The notes beneath the pieces were generated by a model. The model did not search any database, was not told where the DNA came from, and was given only the letters and a program-made list of their open reading frames with translations. A DNA stretch of 32,000 bases from Candidatus Pacearchaeota archaeon (GTDB taxonomy: Archaea; Nanobdellota; Nanobdellia; Pacearchaeales; GW2011-AR1). A program made the translations under genes and the position numbers. Each line of letters starts with the position of its first letter. Positions within the stretch are counted from its first letter, which is position 1. The stretch spans positions 19,426 through 51,425 of the forward strand of contig JAGVXI010000010.1 in NCBI GenBank assembly GCA_018303855.1, read 5' to 3'. Positions 24,808-32,000 of this stretch are shown in pieces.

Positions 24808-25011
24808 GATAAATTAAAGTTTAAGAGATTTATAAATCTATTTAAGAACAAGATTATTAACCTCAAAACGCTATAGCCTTTTAGCAAGGAGTGTTATAAT
24901 AAGTTGAATATGCTTAATTAACCCCTTATAAATAAAAAGAATTATGGCTAATTAATTTTCCTCATGTTAAAAATAATAAACATTTATATACTCAAAGTTT
25001 AAAACATTAAT

Positions 25012-25422
25012 ATGGATGAATACGAAAAATTGCTTGATGAAGCTTACAAACAAGTAAAAAAGATAGATACTTCTAATAATAGATTTGAAATTCCCAAAGC
25101 AGAGGGGCATTTTGAAGGGAAAAAAACAGTAATAACCAATTTTTCTCAGATAGTATCATACTTAAGAAGAAAACCAGAACATTTCCAAAAATTCATTTTA
25201 AAAGAACTTGCAGCTGCCGGACAATTAGAAGGAGATAGATTAATTTTAAATATAACAGTTCCAAGCAGCAAGATAAATCAAAAAATCGAAGAGTATGTGA
25301 AAGAATTTGTGCTGTGTAAAGAGTGTAGAAAACCAGATACTGAATTAACAAAGCATGATAGAATAACCTTTATCCACTGCTTAGCTTGCGGAGCAAAACA
25401 CTCTTTAAGAAGTAAGATATGA
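25012..25422 (+). CDS. eif2b: Translation initiation factor aIF2 beta subunit
   Basis: RFEIPKAEGHFEGKKTVITNF...LCKECRKPDT...CLACGA (C4 zinc ribbon), 136 aa. TATA TTTATATA lies at 24983-24990 (-29..-22). Confidence 0.93.
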   Translation: MDEYEKLLDEAYKQVKKIDTSNNRFEIPKAEGHFEGKKTVITNFSQIVSYLRRKPEHFQKFILKELAAAGQLEGDRLILNITVPSSKINQKIEEYVKEFVLCKECRKPDTELTKHDRITFIHCLACGAKHSLRSKI

Positions 25423-25453
25423 ATATTCAAAAACTAAAATAAAAAATAATAAA

Positions 25454-25729
25454 ATGCAAATTGCAAATTTTTTTAGGGATACCGGCATAAAACTAGACAC
25501 CCCCATAGAAAGGAAGAAAGGAATAATTAGAGAAAATCAAGGTAAAATTGCACTTATTAAAGACTTACATTATCCTGACGACAAATTTTTTTTAGCTAGA
25601 ATAAAACCAGATCCTTTAGATGAAAGATATTACATCGCTATAAGCTATTCAGATGAAAAAGAAAAAAATAAAAAGAGTATTATACTAAATTACCACGATT
25701 TAGAGCAATTAATTGTGGAAAATCACTAA
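25454..25729 (+). CDS. Hypothetical protein (91 aa)
   Basis: ORF 31 nt after aIF2-beta with no convincing promoter of its own, so possibly co-transcribed. No motif recognised. Confidence 0.5.
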   Translation: MQIANFFRDTGIKLDTPIERKKGIIRENQGKIALIKDLHYPDDKFFLARIKPDPLDERYYIAISYSDEKEKNKKSIILNYHDLEQLIVENH

Positions 25730-25805
25730 AAACAATTAATTCGCCACAATATAAACCTTTAAAAACGAATTTTCACTAACAAATTAAATAAACAAGGAGG
25801 ATAAA

Positions 25806-25952
25806 ATGGTTGAAGGATACTGTGTAAAGTGCAAAAAGAAAGTTCAGATAAAGGACCCAAAAGAATCAACAACAAAAAGGGGCACAAAAATAGCTAAAGG
25901 AAAATGCCCTGTTTGTGGGATAACTGTTTGCAGAATGGGCGGAATCAAATAA
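25806..25952 (+). CDS. Small zinc-ribbon protein (DUF5679-like, 48 aa, below the track cutoff)
   Basis: My translation: MVEGYCVKCKKKVQIKDPKESTTKRGTKIAKGKCPVCGITVCRMGGIK, with CxxC...CxxC. GGAGG (25796-25800) lies 5 nt upstream of the ATG, and TATA-like TTTAAAAA lies at 25758-25765. Confidence 0.75.
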   Translation: MVEGYCVKCKKKVQIKDPKESTTKRGTKIAKGKCPVCGITVCRMGGIK

Positions 25953-25993
25953 GATTAACCTAAATTTATTTTTAATTTTTATACTACCCATAA

Positions 25994-26293
25994 ATGATGT
26001 TTTTAAAAATTCATAAAGCTTACAGAGAAATAATAGCTCTTTGTGATGCTGAACTACTTGGTAAAAGATTTGAACAGGACAATTTTCAGCTTGATGTAAA
26101 AGAAAGCTTTTATTCCGGGGAAAAAATGTCGGAAAAGGAAATTATTCCTATTCTTCAAGATTATGCTAAAGAAGATGTTACATTCAACATAGTTGGCAAA
26201 AAATCCTGCCAGACAGCATTAAAAGCAGGGATTATAATGCAGGAAGCCATAGGAAAGATTGACAGCATCCCATTTGCCTTAGTTTTGGTATAA
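25994..26293 (+). CDS. DUF424-family archaeal protein
   Basis: KIHKAYREIIALCDAELLGKRF...LDVKESFYSGEKMSEKE...NIVGKKSCQTALKAGII matches my recollection of the DUF424 pattern, which is usually found near translation-factor genes. Confidence 0.75.
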   Translation: MMFLKIHKAYREIIALCDAELLGKRFEQDNFQLDVKESFYSGEKMSEKEIIPILQDYAKEDVTFNIVGKKSCQTALKAGIIMQEAIGKIDSIPFALVLV

Positions 26294-26492
26294 TTATTTA
26301 TTAAAAATTTAATTTATCAGTTAATTAATTTAGAACAAGAAGTTTATTAATCATAAAACATAATTTATTATAAGTCCAATTATAATTTTTTTAGTTACAA
26401 GTTGCCGGTTATCATTAACACTTTAAAACCTAATAATTTAATGACTCGTTAAAATTCAATACCTTTATAAAATAAAATTCTTATCAATAAAT

Positions 26493-26834
26493 ATGAAGTC
26501 AAATAAACAGCAAGAGAAAGAAAAAGCAGAAAACATGCCAGAGGGGCAGGTTCTGAGAGTGAAACTTCCAAGAGGAAAAGAAGTTATTGGAATCATAGAA
26601 CAACGGCTTGGAGGAAACAGAATGTCTGTAAACTGCAGGGATAAAGTTACAAGAAATTGCCGTGTGCCGGGACGACTTAAGCGTGTGCTCTGGCTTAGGC
26701 CAGGGGATATTGTAATAGTTCAGCCATGGGAATTTGACAATGACAAAGGCGATATACTTTTCAAATATACCCCAACAGCAATACAATGGTTAAAAAGCAA
26801 AGGGTATCTTGAAAAAGATTTTACTGAGTTTTGA
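26493..26834 (+). CDS. eif1a: Translation initiation factor aIF1A
   Basis: S1-like OB: GQVLRVKLPRGKEVIGIIEQRLGGNRMSVNCRDKVTRNCRVPGRLKRVLWLRPGDIVIVQPWEF. TATA TTTATAAA lies at 26464-26471 (-29..-22). Confidence 0.93.
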   Translation: MKSNKQQEKEKAENMPEGQVLRVKLPRGKEVIGIIEQRLGGNRMSVNCRDKVTRNCRVPGRLKRVLWLRPGDIVIVQPWEFDNDKGDILFKYTPTAIQWLKSKGYLEKDFTEF

Positions 26835-26846
26835 TTGGAGAGAAAA

Positions 26847-27359
26847 ATGAGAACATTCTTTATAGATAAAATTCCAAGAATTATAAAATCAAAGAAACAG
26901 CTTGAAAAAAAGCTTAAGGTAAAGATAATCAATAAAGGGAAGCAGATTTATGTTAGTGGCAAAGCAGAAGACGAATATGTGGCTGAAAAAGTTCTTGATG
27001 CACTTGATTTTGGATTTGCTTTAAAAATCGCCATGCTCATTAAAGACGAAGATTTTGAACTTGAGATAATTCCAATAAAAAATTATACAAAAAAAACTGA
27101 CTTAAGAAGAATAAGAGCAAGAATTATAGGAGAAGGCGGTAAAACATTAAAAACCTTTACTGAACTTACAAACTGCTTTTTTGAGATTAAGGATAATTAT
27201 GTCAGCATTCTCGGACATCCTGAAGAAATTGAAAAGGCATATGAAGCAATTATCCAGTTAATTAGGGGTTCAAAACACGCCAATGTTTACAAATATCTTG
27301 AACAGCATCGTCCAGAACCTGTTTTAGATTTGGGATTGAAGATTAAGATAAAAAAGTAG
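26847..27359 (+). CDS. KH-domain RNA-binding protein (archaeal Dim2/Pno1-like)
   Basis: GxxG loop in RIRARIIGEGGKTLKTFTELT, with two KH-like halves. The track start 26835 is TTG. ATG 26847 is preceded by GGAG (26837-26840) with a 6-nt spacer and follows the aIF1A stop, so translational coupling is likely. Confidence 0.82.
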   Translation: MRTFFIDKIPRIIKSKKQLEKKLKVKIINKGKQIYVSGKAEDEYVAEKVLDALDFGFALKIAMLIKDEDFELEIIPIKNYTKKTDLRRIRARIIGEGGKTLKTFTELTNCFFEIKDNYVSILGHPEEIEKAYEAIIQLIRGSKHANVYKYLEQHRPEPVLDLGLKIKIKK

Positions 27360-27580
27360 AAGAGAACTATAAGTAATAAGACAACTTTATATCCATAATT
27401 AAAAGTTAGAGTGTTAATAGTCAGATAGCATAGATAATCAGCGCATTATTAACCTCGCATTATTCCCAGTATCTAATATAATCAATTAATAAGTTTAACC
27501 AAACTTAAATTTAAAACCTCTCCTTTAATTAACTTAATATTTTTAATTAATTTAATGCTATAAAACCTTTAATAATAACC

Positions 27581-27588
27581 TTTAAATA
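27581..27588 (+). promoter_or_regulatory. TATA box for tRNA-Asn, spaced for a leaderless tRNA transcript
   Basis: TTTAAATA, preceded by AACC, lies at -31..-24 relative to tRNA nucleotide +1 (27612). This is identical to the spacing at tRNA-Ile. Confidence 0.55.
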
Positions 27589-27611
27589 TAGTCCTAAATT
27601 TCAATCAATAA

Positions 27612-27719
27612 GTCCCGGTAGCTCAGTTGGTAGAGCACATGACTGTTAGGCATCATGTTCCTACTAAAGTAGGCTTCATAGAAATCATGGGGTCAGAGGT
27701 TCGAGTCCTCTCCGGGACG
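27612..27719 (+). tRNA. tRNA-Asn (anticodon GUU) with a 35-nt intron at 37/38
   Basis: Manual cloverleaf. Acceptor GTCCCGG/CCGGGAC, D arm GCTC-AGTTGGTA-GAGC, anticodon stem CATGA/TCATG, loop CTGTTA|intron|A, T arm AGAGG-TTCGAGT-CCTCT, discriminator G. Confidence 0.9.
27649..27683 (+). other. tRNA-Asn intron
   Basis: GGCATCATGTTCCTACTAAAGTAGGCTTCATAGAA. The boundary is ambiguous by one A. It contains an internal hairpin CCTAC-TAAA-GTAGG. Confidence 0.8.
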
Positions 27720-27729
27720 TTTTTACAAA

Positions 27730-27933
27730 ATGCAACCATCAAAAATAGAAAGAATCCTTTCTGGAACTTGTGCAGCCTTAAGTATTACATTAATTGGATT
27801 AAGCTATTTATTTGATAATAACTCTTTGCACCCAATGGCTTCAGTATATTTAGCAGGAAGTCTTGCCTTTTATTCTATGAGCAAAATTGATGAAGATTTA
27901 TATTTGAATAATCAGGTAAATAAAGGCAGATAA
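27730..27933 (+). CDS. Possible small membrane protein (2 hydrophobic segments)
   Basis: 67-aa ORF starting 10 nt after the tRNA-Asn 3' end. No TATA at the usual distance, because that position falls inside the tRNA gene. Real only if co-transcribed with the tRNA. Confidence 0.35.
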   Translation: MQPSKIERILSGTCAALSITLIGLSYLFDNNSLHPMASVYLAGSLAFYSMSKIDEDLYLNNQVNKGR

Positions 27934-28016
27934 TTTCAATTTATAATCCATTTTTATTTTTATAAAGAGTAATAAAATATAACAATTATTATAAAGTAAA
28001 TCTATGTGTTTAAATT

Positions 28017-28472
28017 ATGGTGCAGAATAGTTTAGAAAGAATAACAAGCCTATCAAATCAAGATTTAGGGTTTATTGCTTCACGTGCCGGTGTAGAAATT
28101 TCAAGATTAAAGAGATTAGATGAAAAAGAGTTAGATGTAAAATATGAACATATTAAAGAACTCGGAAATTTAATTCAAAATTCACTTATTTACATAAGTT
28201 TTCAACATCCTTCTGAAAATAAAACAATTAAACAAAGAGGTGTTAGCATAGATTATGATGATAAATATATGTTATCAGAAACGTTTAAAGACTATCCAAG
28301 AAAATTAGAAGGAGAAGAAATCTATAAAGAACTAGCATTAATCTCTTTAGACTTACAAAATCCAGAACATATTTCTGCAGAAAGAGCTAATGAACTTATT
28401 AATTTTTGCATTTCACTATCAAGTGCATATAGACTAATAAAAAGTCCTCATCCACAGGGATGCTTCCAATAA
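28017..28472 (+). CDS. Hypothetical protein, possibly with an N-terminal HTH
   Basis: 151 aa. LSNQDLGFIASRAGVEISRLKRL loosely resembles an Xre-type HTH. TATA ATTATAAA lies at 27988-27995 (-29..-22). Confidence 0.6.
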   Translation: MVQNSLERITSLSNQDLGFIASRAGVEISRLKRLDEKELDVKYEHIKELGNLIQNSLIYISFQHPSENKTIKQRGVSIDYDDKYMLSETFKDYPRKLEGEEIYKELALISLDLQNPEHISAERANELINFCISLSSAYRLIKSPHPQGCFQ

Positions 28473-28486
28473 AAAAGAAAATTATA

Positions 28487-28930
28487 TTAATTTTTACTTC
28501 TTTTAAAATCCAATGCAATATTATTTATGCAATACCTTTTCCCTGTCTTGTCTTTTGGTCCATCATCAAAAACATGCCCTAGATGACTATTACATTTTGC
28601 ACATTTAACCTCAACTCTTTTTAATGGTAAACTATAATCGTCCTCCAATTTTACAGAGTTTTTTATAGAATCATAAAAACTAGGCCACCCTGTTCTAGAT
28701 TCAAACTTTGCTTCTGAACTAAAAATTTTATTGCCACAAGCAATACAAACATAAACTCCTTTTTCCTTGTTATATAACAACTTTCCTGAAAAAGGCATCT
28801 CTGTTTCTTTTTGCCTCAAAACTTTAAACTGCTCCATATTAAGTTTCCCTTCCCATTCTTCTTCTGTTTTAGGCATATACAACTTAACTTTTCTTTTTTT
28901 AACCTGACTTTTTGTCTGTTTTCTTTTCAT
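28487..28930 (-). CDS. msrB: Peptide methionine-(R)-sulfoxide reductase MsrB
   Basis: CIACGNKIFSSEAKFESRTGWPSF, CAKCNSHLGHVFDDGP and RYCINN (catalytic Cys). The Lys-rich 18-aa N-terminal extension may not be translated; an alternative ATG lies at 28876. Confidence 0.9.
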   Translation of the reverse strand: MKRKQTKSQVKKRKVKLYMPKTEEEWEGKLNMEQFKVLRQKETEMPFSGKLLYNKEKGVYVCIACGNKIFSSEAKFESRTGWPSFYDSIKNSVKLEDDYSLPLKRVEVKCAKCNSHLGHVFDDGPKDKTGKRYCINNIALDFKRSKN

Positions 28931-29027
28931 ACTACCTCTTTCTCATTTAATATTAGAAGATTTAGCATAAAGTATAAGTGATTGGAGATTGATAAATGTT
29001 TTTAAAAGATGTATAGTTACTTTAGGC

Positions 29028-30275
29028 ATGAAAAAACAAAAATCAAAGGTTTTAGTAGCAATGTCCGGCGGTGTAGATTCAAGTGTTGCAGCTTTGCTTT
29101 TAAAAAAACAAGGCTATGAAGTTATTGGTGCATTTATGAAAAATTGGTCAAATACAAAAGACGACTTTGGGCAATGCACATGGCGAAGTGAACGCCACAT
29201 AGCTCAGAAAATAGCAGCCATGCTTGATATTCCCCTAATAACATTGGACTTTGAAAAACAGTATAAAAAACAAGTTATTGCAGATATGTTTAAAAGTTAT
29301 AAACAAGGTATAACACCAAACCCAGATGTTGTTTGCAATCAAAAAATAAAATTTCCGCTTCTCTGGAAAGCTGCAAAAAAACTTGGCTGCCGGTTTATTG
29401 CAACAGGGCATTATGCAAGGATAAAAAGAAGTATTAATGGAAAAGCTGTTAATGATGAAACAATAATTATAAGTATTAAATTAAATAAAAGTAATGTTAG
29501 CTCACAAACTCTAAACAAAGGTGGGCGGAGGGTGGTTGGAAATTTAGATAAATATGAACTCCTAAGAGCAAGAGACGAATCAAAAGACCAATCTTATTTC
29601 TTATACCGCCTAACACAAAATGATTTATTACACACATTATTCCCAATAGGAAATTATACAAAAACCAAAACACGACAAATTGCAAAAAAACACAAATTCC
29701 CAAATTGGGATAAAAAATCAACTGTTGGCATTTGTTTTATAGGAAAAGTAAATTTGAAAAAATTCCTCCAGCAAAAAATAAAGCCAAAAAAAGGAAAAAT
29801 AATCAGCCCAGATGGAAAAATTATCGGCGAGCATGACGGAATCTATTATTACACAATTGGGCAGCGAATAGGCCCAAGATTTGGAATAGAAGTTAAAAAA
29901 TCAAAATTCGATAATCCAAAACAGCTAAAAAGGTGGTATGTTGCTCGCAAAGACTTAAAAACAAACACAATAATTGCAGCACCCCAGGGGCATCAGTTAT
30001 TATTAAGAAAAAGTATAATAATTAAACAATTTCATGTAATATCAGATAATAAAGATTCATTTATAAAAAAAATATCTAAAAAACCATTAAAACTCCACTC
30101 AAGAATAAGGCATGTTGGTGAATTATTGCCTTCAACATTAACACGCAATAAAAAAACAAAGCAAACAACCATTACATTAAAAAAACCAATAACAGGAATT
30201 AGCGAGGGGCAAGCAATTGTGTTATATCAAGGGAAAAAAGTTTTTGGGGGCGGAGTTATTAGGTTTGAAGTCTAA
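29028..30275 (+). CDS. mnmA: tRNA-specific 2-thiouridylase MnmA (bacterial type)
   Basis: PP-loop VAMSGGVDSSVAA, catalytic Cys contexts NPDVVCNQKIKF and VGICFIG, and KDQSYFLY. The track start 28989 is TTG; ATG 29028 gives the canonical N-terminus MKKQKSKVLVAMSGG. Confidence 0.9.
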   Translation: MKKQKSKVLVAMSGGVDSSVAALLLKKQGYEVIGAFMKNWSNTKDDFGQCTWRSERHIAQKIAAMLDIPLITLDFEKQYKKQVIADMFKSYKQGITPNPDVVCNQKIKFPLLWKAAKKLGCRFIATGHYARIKRSINGKAVNDETIIISIKLNKSNVSSQTLNKGGRRVVGNLDKYELLRARDESKDQSYFLYRLTQNDLLHTLFPIGNYTKTKTRQIAKKHKFPNWDKKSTVGICFIGKVNLKKFLQQKIKPKKGKIISPDGKIIGEHDGIYYYTIGQRIGPRFGIEVKKSKFDNPKQLKRWYVARKDLKTNTIIAAPQGHQLLLRKSIIIKQFHVISDNKDSFIKKISKKPLKLHSRIRHVGELLPSTLTRNKKTKQTTITLKKPITGISEGQAIVLYQGKKVFGGGVIRFEV

Positions 30276-30358
30276 ACAACATTTAAAAAGGTTAGCTATT
30301 TTTAGAGAATTTTTAAAACCATCAAACAATTTAAAAATAATCACTGCTTATCTTAAAT

Positions 30359-30607
30359 ATGGAAAAAGGGGCAGTTATTTGGTGGGTCATCATACTTGTT
30401 GTAATAATTATTATTGGGATGAGTTTTTTTAATTATGCAAAAACCAGAGTATATAAGCCATTCACTTTAGATGATAATAATTGCAAGCACTATCAAAAAT
30501 CATGCGTTTGCGTTGGACTAGTATACATACTTGAAACCTACCCCGAGCAGTATAATTGCAAAGGCTTTGAACTCTGCAAAAATATTGATGAAAAAGTTTG
30601 TAATTGA
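30359..30607 (+). CDS. Small N-terminally anchored Cys-rich protein
   Basis: 82 aa. TM (VIWWVIILVVIIIIGMSFF), then a 6-Cys soluble part. TTTAAAAA lies at 30330-30337, exactly -29..-22. Confidence 0.62.
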   Translation: MEKGAVIWWVIILVVIIIIGMSFFNYAKTRVYKPFTLDDNNCKHYQKSCVCVGLVYILETYPEQYNCKGFELCKNIDEKVCN

Positions 30608-30841
30608 TATTTGATTTTAAAACCCATATTAGCAATGTAAACAAATGTGACTATAATTGCTAAGTGCTTTATTAAAATACTATCAAAATAATCCAAACTT
30701 AAATTAACCGATTAATCATATGACCCCCATTTATTAAGTATGAAATATTACCATTATATTAGCCTACGAGTTAACATTATAACTTTCCTTATCAACCAGC
30801 AAAACAAAAAACATTTTAAACACTATTATCCTTACTAAAAC

Positions 30842-31402
30842 ATGGAATTAGAGAAAGCCATTAAATCAAGAAAAAGTGTTAAAAAATTCTTGAATGAAAA
30901 ACCAGACTGGCGTGATATTTTAGAAGCAATAGATGCTGTACGATATGCTCCTATGGCTGGAAATTGCTTTAATCTTAAGTTTATTGTTGTAGATGTACTT
31001 GAAAAAATTGAGAAAATCGCATTAGCATGCCAACAGGACTTTGTAAGCCAGGCAAGATATTTAGTTGTTGTAACTTCTGACCCAAAAATACTTGTGAATT
31101 GTTATGGAGAAAAAGAAGGGAAAAGATACAACAAACAGCAAGCAGGTGCTGCAATTGAAAATTTTCTGCTTAAAATTACAGAATCTGGATTATCAACATG
31201 CTGGGTAGGATATTTTGCAGAAGAGCAAATTAAAAGATGCTTGAAAATTCCAGACAATGTTGATGTTGAAGCTGTTTTTCCAATAGGCTATGAATTTGGA
31301 AAACCGCTGACGAAAAAAATGAAAATAGAACTTGATGCAGTCTTAAGGTTTAATGATTACAAAACCAAAAAGATGAATCCTGAAAAGAAGATTAATGTTT
31401 AA
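30842..31402 (+). CDS. Nitroreductase-family flavoprotein
   Basis: The N-terminus LEKAIKSRKSVKKFLNEKP...AVRYAPMAGN and ...STCWVG fit the nitroreductase fold pattern. TATA ATTTTAAA lies at 30813-30820 (-29..-22). Confidence 0.85.
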   Translation: MELEKAIKSRKSVKKFLNEKPDWRDILEAIDAVRYAPMAGNCFNLKFIVVDVLEKIEKIALACQQDFVSQARYLVVVTSDPKILVNCYGEKEGKRYNKQQAGAAIENFLLKITESGLSTCWVGYFAEEQIKRCLKIPDNVDVEAVFPIGYEFGKPLTKKMKIELDAVLRFNDYKTKKMNPEKKINV

Positions 31403-31559
31403 TAAGATTGTATTTTAGCCCCACGTGAACCAAAAAATTTTGAGGTAATTTCAAATGTGCAAAGTTAAGAACTGAAAGGACAAGAATTTACTTTGTGAAA
31501 CCCAAGAGTTTATCCTAGACCAGCAAGTTTTTAAATGCACTATTATTATGCTTTAAACA

Positions 31560-32000
31560 ATGAATGATTTAGAATACCAGCTAATAAATGAAGCACATTT
31601 CAATTATGGAAACACTCTTTTTGCTATGCGTGGTTCTGTTTTAGCAATTGAACGAGAAATAGCAAAGGGAAATATTCCAGCAGACTCTAACGAATTTAAA
31701 AATGTTGTGAGGGGGTATACAATTCTAGACTTAAATTATCAATGTATAGATACTTCAAGGTATGATAAAGAACATGGGGGATTAATAATGAGAGAAATAA
31801 AAGAGCAAAGATTACCAGAATTGCGTCAGTTAATTGAAGATTTCAAGAGAGCATTAGAATGTTCCGACAAAGAAGAATTACAGGAAAAATTGCAGTATCT
31901 CAAAAGAAGTGTTTGTGATTTAAGCTCTTTAGGTAGTCGATTTTGCTGTCTGCCGAAATATCAGCAGTACAGGAAAAAACATAGGGAACGCTCTGGGTAG
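31560..32000 (+). CDS. Hypothetical protein (146 aa); its stop codon is the last 3 bases of the window
   Basis: ORF with TATA TTTTAAAT at 31529-31536 (-31..-24). No family recognised. Confidence 0.55.
   Translation: MNDLEYQLINEAHFNYGNTLFAMRGSVLAIEREIAKGNIPADSNEFKNVVRGYTILDLNYQCIDTSRYDKEHGGLIMREIKEQRLPELRQLIEDFKRALECSDKEELQEKLQYLKRSVCDLSSLGSRFCCLPKYQQYRKKHRERSG

Noticed and set aside
27627-27815. Track ORF of 62 aa on the plus strand.
   Set aside because: It lies almost entirely inside the tRNA-Asn gene and its intron, so it is spurious.
28487-28930. Possible selenocysteine (in-frame TGA) at the MsrB active site.
   Set aside because: The catalytic position is an ordinary Cys codon (RYCINN), and the ORF has no internal TGA.
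30629-30663. Inverted repeat TTAGCAAT...ATTGCTAA (8-bp arms, 19-nt loop) 22 nt after the stop of 30359-30607, considered as a terminator. A similar case is AAAAAGC-CTTTTT-GCTTTTT at about 10361-10380 between the two paralogs.
   Set aside because: The arms are AT-rich and short and the loop is long. Archaeal termination mainly uses oligo-T tracts. These are compatible with chance.
1-32000. Looked for CRISPR arrays, rRNA genes, transposases or integrases, and long (>25 bp) exact repeats.
   Set aside because: None seen by eye. There are no regularly spaced direct repeats, no long GC-rich structured-RNA-like stretches other than the three tRNAs, and no recombinase motifs in any ORF.

Overview
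Visibly AT-rich archaeal chromosomal segment. The gene set supports archaeal identity directly: MCM helicase, TBP, ATP-dependent DNA ligase, ribosomal protein eL15, aIF2-beta, aIF1A, NAC, Sec61-beta, and two tRNAs with bulge-helix-bulge introns at position 37/38. A reduced, possibly DPANN-like archaeon is suggested (inference only) by minimal protein versions (784-aa ValRS, 488-aa MetRS, a one-cysteine EndoIII), many small membrane-anchored Cys-rich ORFs, and bacterial-type MnmA/MsrB. I call 44 protein-coding ORFs and 3 tRNAs (Gly-CCC, Ile-GAU, Asn-GUU). Three ORFs fall below the 60-aa track cutoff: Sec61-beta, a DUF5679-like zinc ribbon and a 38-aa ORF. I saw no rRNA, CRISPR array, transposase or integrase. 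Most genes carry an A/T octamer (TATA box) about 22-31 nt upstream of the start codon, which implies mostly leaderless, individually promoted genes. Candidates for something undescribed: (1) An accessory islet at 4380-6916 between valS and nth. It holds an orphan, tightly coupled three-ORF operon whose middle ORF has an in-frame TAA at codon 7, a divergent TrmB-family regulator, and a MazF-type toxin-antitoxin pair. (2) Two tandem, equal-length (156 aa) divergent paralogs directly upstream of an archaeal MinD-type ATPase, plus a small orphan. (3) Shared GTGATAT..ATCAC palindromes just upstream of two promoter regions. (4) tRNA promoters spaced for leaderless tRNA transcription, and a 7-bp inverted repeat straddling the tRNA-Ile 5' end. 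(5) A 566-bp noncoding region upstream of MCM, followed by an RPA32/Stn1-like OB plus winged-helix gene. All functional calls rest on motif recognition by eye; no database search was possible.
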